In this document: positions 17,999-28,715 of the stretch, piece by piece
Layout of the letters: every line of letters begins with the position of its first letter
How positions within the stretch are numbered: position 1 is the stretch's first letter
Source: a virus
Taxonomy: Duplodnaviria; Caudoviricetes
Length of the DNA stretch: 48,887 bases
IMG/VR virus record: IMGVR_UViG_3300043683_000017
Coordinates: 1-48,887 of that record
Strand: one strand, 5' to 3'
Made by a program: the position numbers and the translations under genes
Notes under the pieces: generated by a model
Seen by the model: the letters and a program-made list of their open reading frames with translations, nothing else
What the model was told of the DNA's origin: nothing
The model's database searches: none

Positions 17999-18928
17999 TC
18001 ACACCGTTTCGAACGTGACCTCCGCATGGAAGTACGACGTAGCCGCCGCGGTCCACGACCACGGGGTGTCGCTCTTCCACTCGGAGGCGTTGGTGTGCGA
18101 GTAGAACCGCATGGTGCTGGCTCCGGCGGTGACCGCTGCCGTGCCCGCATACCAGGCCGGTCCGTGGCCTCGCACCGATCCGCAGTACGCCCAGTTCACG
18201 GACGCCCCGGACGGCCCGGATGCGGCGGTGAACGGCAAGGTCACGGTCCAGACGCCGGACCCGAACGCCGAGGTCGTGCCCATCATGACCTCGACCATCG
18301 CGGTGCACATTTTCCCGTTCAGGAAGTACGAGCCCTTGACCGCTCCGTTGCCGATGCTCACGCCGGTCCCGCCCCACGCCGGGGTGTACGCGGTGGCCGC
18401 GCCCAGGCTGAGGTTCGCCGCGGTCACGTTCCCCACGATCACGAGGTCGTCATCGGTTTTGAGCTGGTTCGCTGCGCCCCGGTAGAGGTTGGTGTCCCCG
18501 GCGGTGGCGCCGGTGCCCCAGATGAGTTGCCCGTCGGCGTTGGCGATGAACCGGGAGTTCGTGTCGCCGGTGACTTGCGCCCGGTAGGCGTTGCTGGCTG
18601 CGCTGGCACGGGTGACCAGTGCGGACGTCCCAGTGAGGGACACGCCGGCGGTGAAGGTCTGCGCGGTGCCGGGGGTGGTGATCTCGGACCAGGACCCGGA
18701 GGCGGGGGCGGAACCGTTGGAGACGTAGATGCGGCTGGTGTCGGTTTCGCGGATGAGTTGGCCGGTGTACGGGACGGAGGGGCGGGTGGTGGAGGTGACA
18801 GCTGCGGCGCCCACGGCGGCGTCGATCTTCGCCCAGTTGTTGTTGATGTCCTGTTGGACGTTGACGAGTTCGGATCCGTCGGACAGCGGCCGGTATAGGG
18901 CCAGCCTGGTGGTGGCGCTCTGGGGCAT
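17999..18928 (-). CDS. Minor tail / tail fibre protein
   Basis: Start MPQS at 18928; DINNNWAKID, PYTGQLIRETDT, GDTNLYR..ANQLKTDD motifs; last gene of the tail module. Confidence 0.75.
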   Translation of the reverse strand: MPQSATTRLALYRPLSDGSELVNVQQDINNNWAKIDAAVGAAAVTSTTRPSVPYTGQLIRETDTSRIYVSNGSAPASGSWSEITTPGTAQTFTAGVSLTGTSALVTRASAASNAYRAQVTGDTNSRFIANADGQLIWGTGATAGDTNLYRGAANQLKTDDDLVIVGNVTAANLSLGAATAYTPAWGGTGVSIGNGAVKGSYFLNGKMCTAMVEVMMGTTSAFGSGVWTVTLPFTAASGPSGASVNWAYCGSVRGHGPAWYAGTAAVTAGASTMRFYSHTNASEWKSDTPWSWTAAATSYFHAEVTFETV

Positions 18929-18930
18929 GG

Positions 18931-19464
18931 TCAGCCTTCCTGCTGCATCGGGATACGACGGGGTTCCGGTCGGGCCGGGGGGGTAGGCAGGGCGCCGTAG
19001 ACGTTGGTCCAGCGCGCGGTGTCGACTCGTTCGCGCAGGGCTGCTAGGTCGGCCGGCCGCGGGCGCAGGGCGTCTGCGAGGGGGGCGAGCAGGCGGTCCG
19101 GGTCGGTCAGGGCCACGACCTTCCGCACTGCGGCGAGTCGGGCTTCGTGCGCGCCTCGGGCGTCGCGTGTGGAGCGTGCGGTGTGCACGTGGATCGGCTC
19201 GGCGTCGGGGCCTGTGGTGGTGACCCACCCGGCTACGGCGGCGGGATCGTCGGCGTTCGCGAGGTCGGCCATGAGTTCCCACAGGTGGGGTTCGTGCAGT
19301 GCGGCCAGCAGTGCGGCCGCCGGGTCGCTGATGCCGTACTCGGCCATGCGCCAGGCGATCGCGGTGTCGGGGAGGGCTGTCTCCCGTTGCTCGCTGCCGT
19401 CGGTGTAGATGACGTTCCACTGGCCGGGGGTGCGCTGTACGACCTGGGTGATCGTGAAGTTCAT
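18931..19464 (-). CDS. Tail-module hypothetical protein
   Basis: ATG after GAGG; sits between minor tail genes. Confidence 0.7.
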   Translation of the reverse strand: MNFTITQVVQRTPGQWNVIYTDGSEQRETALPDTAIAWRMAEYGISDPAAALLAALHEPHLWELMADLANADDPAAVAGWVTTTGPDAEPIHVHTARSTRDARGAHEARLAAVRKVVALTDPDRLLAPLADALRPRPADLAALRERVDTARWTNVYGALPTPPARPEPRRIPMQQEG

Positions 19465-19469
19465 GAGGG

Positions 19470-22337
19470 TCACCTCTGGAACGCGATGAAGTTGACGGAT
19501 GGCGCCCCGGTGGCACTGGTGCGGGTCACGGTGAAGCCCGATGTGGCCTGCGCGGTGATGTTCCACGAACCGGATGGGGTGCCGCCCACAGCTAGGGCCG
19601 CTACGACGCGTGGATTGGAGGTCATCGTTGCCGCATACACAGTCTGGAGTACCGTAGTTCCGCTGCTGAAAACAGATTCACTCCAGATCTGAGCATCGTT
19701 AGCACCAGACTGGGTAGCCATTTTCCCCAGGAATTTGAATCCTCCAGAGTCAATGTAGGCAGCCTGCTCGGTAGAGTCCCCAGCGCCAAGGTTCAGGCCG
19801 TATAGCGCGTGTCCATTGTTTGCAACGAATGAGCCGCCAGTGACCCCGTTGTACTGGTATTGGATCTTGGCCTGAGTGGAATCTACGTTTACTTGGCCAC
19901 CCTTTGTGACCTGTGTCGCTGCGTCAATTACCTGAATGCTGGAGCCGTTGCCCGCGGTGAGGTATAGGCGGTCAGTGAGCGTATCAGGGCCGCTTGTGTA
20001 CGGGCTGGAGTTGAGGCCGAGGTTGATGTCTGTACCGGCCGAGGACCCGTTGATGAATGCGAAATCGGTTCCGGTGTTGGCGAAGAAGCGGATCGTGGGA
20101 AGCCCCGCGCCGCCCGGGTTGACAACGACACGGTTCCCGGCGGTTCCCGAATTCAGTTCGCCTGTGATGGTGACATTGCCGGTGGCCGCGTCGCCGAACA
20201 GAGTCCGGGCACCGGCCGCGTTATACAGCTCGATCCCGCTGGCCGAAGCTCGGAAGCGGGCCCCGGTATCAGCGGTCTTGATCTCCCCAGCCAGAACCCA
20301 GGACGCGGTCACCGTACCCGCAGTGACCTTGGAGACCGTCAGATCAGAGATGTGTGCGTCATCAATGAGCAGCGCCGTCGCCGTCGCCGCCTCCGACGGC
20401 CCGGAACGGTTCCCCGAGATGTCCACCGCAACGACCCGCACGTACACCGGCGCAGTGGACTCCACGCTGTACGTACCGACCGCCGGAATGCCCGCGGCGA
20501 TCATCCCCGCATTGGCCTTTAGCTTCCCCAGCAGCGTCGTGGAATCCGGGAAGAACGCGGGCTCGTACTGGCCGTGGATCTCCAGGTGGTCCAGGTCCGA
20601 TTCCAGGTTGAACGTCCCGCCCGTGCCCTTCCCCAAGGTGTGCGTCACCTGCACCGCAATGCGGGACGCAGCCACCGTGGGCGCGGCCGGGGTGCTCGGC
20701 GGAATGTTGTCCTGGGTCGCCACAAAAGTCGTCGTACCCGACCACGCACCCGAATTCCCCGAAAGGTCCACGGCGCGGATCTGCACGTCGTACCCGACGC
20801 CCGTCGACAGATCCTGCAACTGCGCACTGCTCTGGTCCCAGCCGACGACCATCGTCTGCCAACCCGCATTCGGCGCAGCGAAGGGCTGCGCCCACGTCTG
20901 CATATCCACCCACCGGATCTGGGAGACCGCCGCCCACGTCGCCGGATAGATCTGATCCGTGTCGATGCCGTACCGGATCTCGTAATGGCTCCCGTCGCGA
21001 ATCGTGGACCCGTCCACATTCAGCGGGGCATTCCACCGCACGACGACCCGCGACCGGGTGAAGCCCCGCGCGTCCAGGTACGCCGTCCCCTGGAACGGCG
21101 TCACGAACACCGGCACGCCAGGGATGGACGTGTCCGCGTTCGGGCGGGACCCCACCGGCTCGCCCTGGTCCGCGAGCTGCCGGGCGAAGCCGCCCACCGT
21201 CACATAGGTGCCGGCCGCGTTGATCTCGATGTGGTCGGTGAGGTCGATCCACGTCCCGTCGGCAGCCCGGTAGGCGACGGTGTAGTCAGCGGTCACCGGC
21301 CACTGCACTTCGGTTACCTGGAGCTTGATCGGATTGAGTCGCTGCCCGCGGAAAATGATCTCCACCGTGGGGTCGAACAGGGCCTTGTCCGGGTCGTAGG
21401 CGTAGATGTAGTCGCCGACTGCGAACGTCCCCTCCACGTCGTAGTCCTGGATGGACAGCCGCAGATCCTGCTTCGGGGTCGTGTACTGCGCCAGAGCCAG
21501 GGCAGCCCGGGTCGCGGCGTTGGCCGTGGACGTGTCCGACTCGGACACCAGGCGCGTCAGCTTGACGGTGTTGCCGTGCAGGTCCTTGTACGGGTTGCTG
21601 CCCGGGGAGAGGTCCGCGGCCCCGGTGGCGATGCTCGCGCCCTCGCCCTCCGCGAGCACCACAACCCGGGTGGTGAAGTCCTCCACATCGGAGCCGAGGT
21701 CCATGCTGCCGGGGATGCCGAGCATGGCCATGTCCTGCCCGTCGCCGCGGGCCACGACGGTGGCCTGCGGGACGGTGACGAACAGGCTGGACTCCGGGCC
21801 GGCGTCGAGCGTCGCGTTGTTGTTGACGCGCCACGACACGGGCACGGACGGGGTCGACATGGTGTCGCACACGTACTGGATCGCCTGCAGCGGAGACTGC
21901 CACTGGTGAGTGCCCGAGTACGTCCCCGTCACCGCGTACAGGGTGCCCTCGGTGACAGCCCCGCCGGCGGGGAGGAGCCCGCGGATGACGTTGGGGAACG
22001 TCGACCCGGACGCGAACACGGTGGCGTTCTCGATCACCGCGCCCTTGTTGTCCTGGTCGCCCAGCCACATCGCCATCCCGACGCCGCTGATCTTGACGTT
22101 GTCGTTGGGGATCTTCGTGCGGGCGTCGTCCGCGAGGCTGTTGGCGCGCAGCACCCCCACGTAGCGGGCCACGCCCGGCGCGAGGAGGCTGTCGCCGTAC
22201 GTCGCCGGGTCGACCCGGCCGTGGATGATCGCGACGTGCCCGAAGAAGGCGAGGGCGTCGAGCTTCTCCCGGGGGATCGTCGGCAGCAGGTCGATGTCCC
22301 ACGTGCCCAGCGCGTTGAGGGTCTCCTGGACTGTCAT
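19470..22337 (-). CDS. Minor tail protein (central fibre/host-specificity type, FN3-like domains)
   Basis: 955 aa; YDVQIRAVDLSGN and YVRVVAVDISGN FN3-type motifs; ISDLTVSKVTAG shaft motif; second gene after tape measure. Confidence 0.82.
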   Translation of the reverse strand: MTVQETLNALGTWDIDLLPTIPREKLDALAFFGHVAIIHGRVDPATYGDSLLAPGVARYVGVLRANSLADDARTKIPNDNVKISGVGMAMWLGDQDNKGAVIENATVFASGSTFPNVIRGLLPAGGAVTEGTLYAVTGTYSGTHQWQSPLQAIQYVCDTMSTPSVPVSWRVNNNATLDAGPESSLFVTVPQATVVARGDGQDMAMLGIPGSMDLGSDVEDFTTRVVVLAEGEGASIATGAADLSPGSNPYKDLHGNTVKLTRLVSESDTSTANAATRAALALAQYTTPKQDLRLSIQDYDVEGTFAVGDYIYAYDPDKALFDPTVEIIFRGQRLNPIKLQVTEVQWPVTADYTVAYRAADGTWIDLTDHIEINAAGTYVTVGGFARQLADQGEPVGSRPNADTSIPGVPVFVTPFQGTAYLDARGFTRSRVVVRWNAPLNVDGSTIRDGSHYEIRYGIDTDQIYPATWAAVSQIRWVDMQTWAQPFAAPNAGWQTMVVGWDQSSAQLQDLSTGVGYDVQIRAVDLSGNSGAWSGTTTFVATQDNIPPSTPAAPTVAASRIAVQVTHTLGKGTGGTFNLESDLDHLEIHGQYEPAFFPDSTTLLGKLKANAGMIAAGIPAVGTYSVESTAPVYVRVVAVDISGNRSGPSEAATATALLIDDAHISDLTVSKVTAGTVTASWVLAGEIKTADTGARFRASASGIELYNAAGARTLFGDAATGNVTITGELNSGTAGNRVVVNPGGAGLPTIRFFANTGTDFAFINGSSAGTDINLGLNSSPYTSGPDTLTDRLYLTAGNGSSIQVIDAATQVTKGGQVNVDSTQAKIQYQYNGVTGGSFVANNGHALYGLNLGAGDSTEQAAYIDSGGFKFLGKMATQSGANDAQIWSESVFSSGTTVLQTVYAATMTSNPRVVAALAVGGTPSGSWNITAQATSGFTVTRTSATGAPSVNFIAFQR

Positions 22338-23533
22338 CGCCTCACCGCATACGTCGCTTCGGCCAGGCCGCCGATGTATTGGTTTCGCAGATCGGTTGCC
22401 GCATCCCCCGATACCGGGCTACCCCCGCCGGCGACGACACCGATCCAGAAGTCCAAGGCCGTCACCGCAGCCTTGGATACCCCGCCGCTGGCGTGTGCGG
22501 TGAAGGCGCGCGCGCTGCCGGCCGCGAATCGGTTGCCGTCCGCGTCGTTGCCGGTGGCGGTGACGTACCCGGAGGCGGCCGCACTGGTGTTGGTCTCCAG
22601 GGTCCGCAGGTACACGGCCAGGGTGGCGCTGCTCCCGGACTGCAGGTAGCCCTCCACGGTCCGCGCGCCGCGGCGCAAAGCCAGATCCAGGGTGGCCCGG
22701 CCGGGAGAGCGGGACGCGGTCAGGCGCACGATGGCGTGCTCGAGGTCGTTGCGGAGGATCGACGCCGAATCCCAGGCGGCGACGTTTGCCCCGGCGACGG
22801 TGATGTTCCACAGCTTGGAGTGCCACGCCCCGCCGGTATACGCCTGCACGTCGATCGCGCCACCGCTGGCAGTCGGCACCACGTTGACGAGCCCGTTCGA
22901 CAGCGCCCACCCAGCCGCAGGCAGTGCTCGCTGCGTCCCGTCGACCTCCAGGACCGCCACTGTGTCCGTGACCCGCACACGGCCCTTGAGGTAGTTCGTC
23001 GGGTCGCAGCCCCACCGCGGGGATACCGCGGCCGGCACGCCCCGGTACACGGTCATCGTGCCGTCCAGGCTCGCCCGGGTCATCACCGTGGGGCTGGTCG
23101 CCCCGGTGTAGTACCCGAAGTGCCCGATCGCCGGGGCGTGCCACCGCTCCCCAGTGAGCGAGAAGTCGTTGAGTCTCACGACCCCAGTGAGCCGGGACTG
23201 CAGGTCCACCTCACCCACGCTGCCCAGGCGGCTGAGCGTCGCCTTCCAGTCCGCGGTGACCATCTCTCCGCGGTACTCCGTCAGGGTGCTGCCGGAGTCC
23301 TTGACCTGGTAGTAACCGTTGCGCTCCGGTTTGTCGGTGAACGTCACCGCGAGCGGGCTGTCAGGCTCGATCGCGTTGAGGTTGTCGTGCAGCCCCGTCA
23401 GGACCAGCCGGACCAGCGGCGGCGTGGACTCCTGCCCGGTGAGGTCCAGGGTCCGCTCCCCTCCCGCCTCGGTGGCCACGAACGTCTCCCGCAGCAGATT
23501 GCGGCCCAGCTGGACACCGCCCCAGTCCGTCAT
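22334..23533 (-). CDS. Minor tail protein (distal tail position)
   Basis: Directly follows tape measure with ATGA overlap; beta-rich. Confidence 0.75.
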   Translation of the reverse strand: MTDWGGVQLGRNLLRETFVATEAGGERTLDLTGQESTPPLVRLVLTGLHDNLNAIEPDSPLAVTFTDKPERNGYYQVKDSGSTLTEYRGEMVTADWKATLSRLGSVGEVDLQSRLTGVVRLNDFSLTGERWHAPAIGHFGYYTGATSPTVMTRASLDGTMTVYRGVPAAVSPRWGCDPTNYLKGRVRVTDTVAVLEVDGTQRALPAAGWALSNGLVNVVPTASGGAIDVQAYTGGAWHSKLWNITVAGANVAAWDSASILRNDLEHAIVRLTASRSPGRATLDLALRRGARTVEGYLQSGSSATLAVYLRTLETNTSAAASGYVTATGNDADGNRFAAGSARAFTAHASGGVSKAAVTALDFWIGVVAGGGSPVSGDAATDLRNQYIGGLAEATYAVRR

Positions 23534-26500
23534 CGTCGTTTGCCCGCCCGTCGTTGGCTGTTCTCCCGCAAGCGGATTGCCTCGCGCATCTCGTCAACCA
23601 GCTCGTTCGCGGCCCGGCGCCGATCAGCAGGCGAGGAGAAATCGAACGTCCCCGAGACGTTGATCGCCTCGATCGTGACGCCACCACCGCCCGACCCGCC
23701 CAGGAGCGCATCCAGAGCCGCGGTGTGCTCCGCGGACAGGACCCGCTCCGGGCGCCCCGTCTTGTTGACGGCCATCGTGGCGCCCTTGGCGAGCAGCCCG
23801 CCCTGGTCGTACTTCGTGGCCGGCTGGAACCCGTAGTGGTCGGTGAACAGGCGGTTGTTCCAGCCGCGGGCGCGGGAGCCGGTGACGATGCCGTCGCCGC
23901 CGCGGGACTCCGCATTGACCCCGCCGATGGTGCCCGCCGTGTGCCCCACTCCCGCATTGGTGATGCCGATCATGAACGGGGACTGCAGGTTGTGGACCCA
24001 CCCGGGCGGGGCGGTCGAGCCGGAGAACGCGCCGGTCGCCCAGCGGCGGTGCGGGGACTCCCCGCGGATGACCGACTCGATCGCCGACATCAGCCCTGAG
24101 CAGTCCCAGCTGGGGTTCCCGTTGCCCGCCCACTGATACGGCTTGCCCGCCTGCGAGCGGGCCCACGACAGGCCCTTCTGTACGGCCGGCCCGCCGACTG
24201 CCTTCTTGTCCTGGTCTCCCATCCAGCCGAGGATGCCCTTGAGGGACTGGCCGGCCATGCCCTTGAGGAGCCCGCCGATGCTGCCGGCGCCGGGGATGCG
24301 GTTGATGAGGGGCTGCACCATCGCCGCGATGGCCTTCTGCGCGGCCGCTTTGAGCCCGCCTACGACGAGGTTCTTCGCCCAGGACAGTGCGCCGCTCGCA
24401 GTGTCGGTGATCTTCGCGACGATCCCGCCGAGCCCGAACGCCGGCACCGGCTGACGGGTCTTCTTCTCCTGCGCCGACGTCGGGTTACCACCCGTGCCGG
24501 TGGGGTGGTCCTTGCCGAGCATGGCGTCGATGCCCCGGTGGCCGCCGAGCTGGGCGACCTGGGACAGGGACAGGACGCGCTCGCCGGGGGTGAGTTTGGC
24601 GGGGACGGTGTCCTTGGTGCCGGTGCCGGGGACGACGCCGCCGGTGTTGAACCCGAGCTTGATCTCCGGGAGTTGCGGCAGGCCGACCTTCGAGGCGATG
24701 GTGTCCCACATTTTGCGGATGCCGTTGTTGTAGACGGTTCCGACGAGGAATCGGACCGGGCTGGCGAACTTGTTCTGGATACCGGACCAGATGGTGCCGA
24801 GGGTGTCGCGGAGGTTGGTGAACGCCTTCTTCGCCCCGGCTGCGAAGTTGCCGATCTTCGTGTTGACGGTGTTGATGATCGTCCCGAACGTCGATGACAC
24901 CCCGTTCCACAGTCCCGACCAGGTGTTGGAGACGCTGGTGCGGATGCTGGAGAACGTGTTGCCGATCCACGTGCGGGCGGCGTTGAAGGAGCTGGAGATC
25001 CCGGACCAGAACGAGGCCCAGGCGTTGCGGAGGGCGGTCCACAGGCTGCTCCAGATGGCCGCGACGTCCCGCTTGAGGGCGTTGAAAATGTCCTTGGCCT
25101 TGGTCCACAGCTGCGTGAACCAGGCGATGGTCCCGTTGACGATGTCGGGGATGATCGAGTGCCCGAGGAGGAAGTCGTAGAGCCATTGGAAGGCCGCGGC
25201 GATTGCCTTCGTCACCGTGGTGATCGCGTCGATCGCGGGCTGGAGCTTGGTCAGCAGGGAGCCCATGAAGTCGATCAGCGCGGTCAGGACCGGCATGACC
25301 ACGCCCGTGATGGTGCCGGTGACCAGGTTCAGGAACGCGATCTCCATCTGGGCGAGGACCGGCAGCAGCGGCAGGACCGCGGGCAGCAGCTGCGTGAGCA
25401 ACTGTGCGCTGAGCAGCATGATCTGCGGGAGCAGCGGGGCGATGGACAGCAGGATCTGCGCGAGGGACTGCGCGAGCTGCACCACCACCGGGATCAGCAC
25501 CGGGATGATCGGCAGCAGCATCTCAAACATGGACACGAACTGATCGGCGGACTTGGTGACCAGGTCCCCGATAACGACGCCGAGCGCTGCGACGATCGGC
25601 ACCAGGCCCTTCGACCCGAGCTGATCGAGGGCCGCCCCCAGAACCGGCTGGAGCTGCTTGAACACGCCGGCCAACGTCGTCGTGATCTTCAAGAATGGCG
25701 GCAGGAGGGACTTGCCGAGCTGCAACAGCACCGGCCCCAGCGCAGTGAACAGCATCCCGATGATGTTCAGGATCGGGGTGAGCACCGGCCCGAGCGCGCC
25801 GATCATTTGGCCGATGATCGGCAGCAGCGGGGCGATCGCCGTCATCAGCGCGCCGACCGCCCCGCCCACCGCCAGCAGCACCGGCCCGAGCGCGGCCACG
25901 ATCGGCTTGAGGGCGCCGCCGAGGGCGGTGATGAGGATCTGGATCGGCGGCAGCAGCTCCGCGAAGACTGGGGCGAACAGCCCGAACAGAGAGCTGACCA
26001 TCTTCAGGACCGGGCCGAGGGCGTTGACGATCCCCACGATCGGGCCAATCAGCTGCCCGATGACCGGGGCGAGCAGCACGAACAGCCCGAGGATCGGGTT
26101 GGTCGCCAGCAGGATCCCGCCGAGCAGCGGGGCGATGTTCCCGAGACTGTTGAGCATGGTGGTGACGGACGGTGCGATCTTCCCGAAGGCCAGGACCAGC
26201 TGAGCGAACACGGTCCCGACGGCGCCGGAGAGCAGTTTCGCGAACGCGTTGATCATCCCGAAGATGTTCTTCATCGCGGCCTGGACCTCCGGCATGGCCG
26301 TGACCTTGCGGAACTCCTTCAGCAGCGCGCCGATCGTGCCCAGCGCGTCGCCGCCCGCCGCCTTCATGACGTTGCTGAGGATCCCGAACGCATCGCCCAG
26401 GACGTGGCCGAACAATTTCGCCACGTCAATCGCCCGGTTGATGCCGTCTGTCAGCGACCCACTCGCCAAGGCAGCCGACAGCTTCTTCATCACACTGTCA

Positions 26501-28713
26501 GCCGCCTTGGCTGCCGCAGTGGTAAGGCGCTTGAACGCCGGGGCTGCAGCGATCGACAACTGTGCGAGGGCAGTGATGAACTGCCCAGGGATCCTCGCTA
26601 GGGGCTTGAGTCCCTCGTTGAGGGACGCGAACATCCCCTTGAGCTGCCCGGTCTTCGCCAGGTTCGTGACCGCGGTCATGGCGTTCTTCGCCATCAGGTT
26701 CAGGACGCCCGCAGTGCTGGACAGACCGGCCCTCAGTGCGGGCAGCGCCCCGTGAGCCATGGCCGTGAACGACCCGGCCAGACCTCGGAACAGAGCGTCC
26801 TGTACGCCGAGCTTGAGGGCGGTCCACGCCGGCCGCAATGCCACGACCGCGTTAACGAACGCCCTCGCGTTCGGGCTGAGCTTGGCCATGGCGTCAGCGA
26901 GCTTGTTCGTCGCCGCGGCCCCGGAGCTCTGCGCGTCAGCGACAGCCTGACCCGCCTGGATCACCGCGTCCTGCGCGTCAGCGATCTGCCGCGCCCCGTC
27001 AGTGGCGGCCTTGACCTGCGCGGCCTGCGCATCAGCGAGATCCCGCCTGGCCTTCGCCAGTTGCTGAGCCCCGTCGACCTGAGTTTTGTTGGCGGCTGCT
27101 TCCACATCGGCCGCAGCCTGGGTCTTGTCGGCCACGGCCTGGTTGGCGTCGACGACGCCCTGCTTCGCTGCGACGACCTGGCCCGAGCCCTCGACGCCCG
27201 CCTTGGTCGCCGCCGCGTTCTGGTCGGTGAGGCGCTGCGTCTGGAGCTGCTGCTCCATCAGGGCCTGCGCGGCCTGGTCGCGGGCCAGCTGATCCTTGGC
27301 CAGTTGCTCGGCGGATACGGCGGCGCCGGCGGCCTTGTCCTTGGCGAGTTGCGCCTCGGCGTCGGCGAGGTTGAGGACGTCCTGCCGCTCGGACAGTTGC
27401 GAGTCGGTGAGCTGGTTGCTCAAGTCCTGCAGCTCGGCCGCGGCGTCCTTGCGGGCCTGGGTGAGGTCGAGCTGCGCCTGCCGGGCGGCCTTCTGCGCGG
27501 CAGTGAGATCCCGTTCGGCGGACGCGACGGACTCGGCAGCCTGGTGGTTGGCGTCGGCGACATCCCGCACGGTGTTCTTCAGGTTCTGCTGCGCGTCGGC
27601 GACATCCCGGGCCGCCTTCACCCGGGCCGCGGCAGCGTTGACCTCCGCGTCCTTCTCGGCCTGGACTGCCTTGGCCAGGGACCGCTGCGCGTTCTCCACG
27701 GCGTGCGCCGAACTGGCCGCCGCCTTGGCGCCGGCGGCGGCTGGGGCGAACGCGGCCTTGAACGCCGCGCCGATGCCGGATGTGCCGATCTTGATTGCGG
27801 CGAAGATGCTCACCAGGGAGAGCAGTGCGGGCGCTGCAACCGCTGCGGCCGGGCCCATCTGAATCAGGGACTCGCCCAGGGACAGGACCGTCGGCGCCGC
27901 CGTGATGATCACTGATGTCAGGCTTGTGAGGCTGCCCGTCAGGCTCTTCAGGCCACTGCTGCTGCTGGAACTGCTCGACCCGATGCTCGTCAGCGCGGCC
28001 AGGCCACCGCCGCGGGTGCGGACGTCGATGTCCATCGTGCGGTTGCGGGACAGGGAGTCGATGCGGGCCCGGGCCTCGGTCGTGTTCGCGTTGGCGACCA
28101 CGCTGAGTGTCCGCCGCCGGGTCAGGTTGGCAATGTCGTCGGCCGCGACGCGGGTGTCCACGTCGACACCGATGCGGACCCGCTGCCGGCGGGTCAGGTT
28201 CCGCAGCTCATCCGCCGCAACGCGGGTGTCGACCTGCGGGCGGATGATGATGTTGCGGTCGGCGGTGAGCTTGTCGAGGCGCTTCGCGGCGCGCTGATAG
28301 GCAGGCTCGTTGATCATGGCGATGATCTGCGCGCTGTAGGTGCGGCTCGATAGCTGCGCCATCGGCGTCTGGTCGAGATCGATCCGGACCTTGACCGACC
28401 GCTCGCGGGTGACCTCGGCGAGCTTGGTGAGGACTGTGGCCGTATCGAGATCGACCTTGATCTTCGTGGTGCGGTTGCGGGTCTTCTCCGCGAGCGACGC
28501 GAACGCCGCCATGCCCGCCAGGTCCACGTTGACCTTCAGGCCGCGGGTTCTGGTGAGCTTCGCCAGCTGCGCCAGTGCAGACTTGTCGTCGAGGTTGACG
28601 CCGACCTTCACCTGGTGCTTGCCGGCCTTCAGCCGGCGTATCGCCTCGTCGTAGCGGGTTTCGTCCGCGGTGACCTCGACGTACCCCTCGGCGATCCGGA
28701 ATGCTCCCGCCAC
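23530..28713 (-). CDS. Tape measure protein with C-terminal NlpC/P60-like domain
   Basis: 1727 aa Ala-rich helical protein with Pro- and Trp-periodic repeats; GKPYQWAG..WDCSGL..GHT near the C-terminus. Confidence 0.93.
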   Translation of the reverse strand: MAGAFRIAEGYVEVTADETRYDEAIRRLKAGKHQVKVGVNLDDKSALAQLAKLTRTRGLKVNVDLAGMAAFASLAEKTRNRTTKIKVDLDTATVLTKLAEVTRERSVKVRIDLDQTPMAQLSSRTYSAQIIAMINEPAYQRAAKRLDKLTADRNIIIRPQVDTRVAADELRNLTRRQRVRIGVDVDTRVAADDIANLTRRRTLSVVANANTTEARARIDSLSRNRTMDIDVRTRGGGLAALTSIGSSSSSSSSGLKSLTGSLTSLTSVIITAAPTVLSLGESLIQMGPAAAVAAPALLSLVSIFAAIKIGTSGIGAAFKAAFAPAAAGAKAAASSAHAVENAQRSLAKAVQAEKDAEVNAAAARVKAARDVADAQQNLKNTVRDVADANHQAAESVASAERDLTAAQKAARQAQLDLTQARKDAAAELQDLSNQLTDSQLSERQDVLNLADAEAQLAKDKAAGAAVSAEQLAKDQLARDQAAQALMEQQLQTQRLTDQNAAATKAGVEGSGQVVAAKQGVVDANQAVADKTQAAADVEAAANKTQVDGAQQLAKARRDLADAQAAQVKAATDGARQIADAQDAVIQAGQAVADAQSSGAAATNKLADAMAKLSPNARAFVNAVVALRPAWTALKLGVQDALFRGLAGSFTAMAHGALPALRAGLSSTAGVLNLMAKNAMTAVTNLAKTGQLKGMFASLNEGLKPLARIPGQFITALAQLSIAAAPAFKRLTTAAAKAADSVMKKLSAALASGSLTDGINRAIDVAKLFGHVLGDAFGILSNVMKAAGGDALGTIGALLKEFRKVTAMPEVQAAMKNIFGMINAFAKLLSGAVGTVFAQLVLAFGKIAPSVTTMLNSLGNIAPLLGGILLATNPILGLFVLLAPVIGQLIGPIVGIVNALGPVLKMVSSLFGLFAPVFAELLPPIQILITALGGALKPIVAALGPVLLAVGGAVGALMTAIAPLLPIIGQMIGALGPVLTPILNIIGMLFTALGPVLLQLGKSLLPPFLKITTTLAGVFKQLQPVLGAALDQLGSKGLVPIVAALGVVIGDLVTKSADQFVSMFEMLLPIIPVLIPVVVQLAQSLAQILLSIAPLLPQIMLLSAQLLTQLLPAVLPLLPVLAQMEIAFLNLVTGTITGVVMPVLTALIDFMGSLLTKLQPAIDAITTVTKAIAAAFQWLYDFLLGHSIIPDIVNGTIAWFTQLWTKAKDIFNALKRDVAAIWSSLWTALRNAWASFWSGISSSFNAARTWIGNTFSSIRTSVSNTWSGLWNGVSSTFGTIINTVNTKIGNFAAGAKKAFTNLRDTLGTIWSGIQNKFASPVRFLVGTVYNNGIRKMWDTIASKVGLPQLPEIKLGFNTGGVVPGTGTKDTVPAKLTPGERVLSLSQVAQLGGHRGIDAMLGKDHPTGTGGNPTSAQEKKTRQPVPAFGLGGIVAKITDTASGALSWAKNLVVGGLKAAAQKAIAAMVQPLINRIPGAGSIGGLLKGMAGQSLKGILGWMGDQDKKAVGGPAVQKGLSWARSQAGKPYQWAGNGNPSWDCSGLMSAIESVIRGESPHRRWATGAFSGSTAPPGWVHNLQSPFMIGITNAGVGHTAGTIGGVNAESRGGDGIVTGSRARGWNNRLFTDHYGFQPATKYDQGGLLAKGATMAVNKTGRPERVLSAEHTAALDALLGGSGGGGVTIEAINVSGTFDFSSPADRRRAANELVDEMREAIRLRENSQRRAGKRR

Positions 28714-28715
28714 TG

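Noticed and set aside
20574-22649. Long antisense or alternate-frame ORFs (also 35317..37449, 9463..11325, 25159..26601, 22379..23836)
   Set aside because: Shadow ORFs expected at high GC; they overlap well-supported genes, are Arg/Gly/Pro-rich and have no motifs.
28100-28240. Direct repeats in the tape measure 5' region (VDTRVAAD twice)
   Set aside because: Ordinary internal protein repeats of a tape measure protein.
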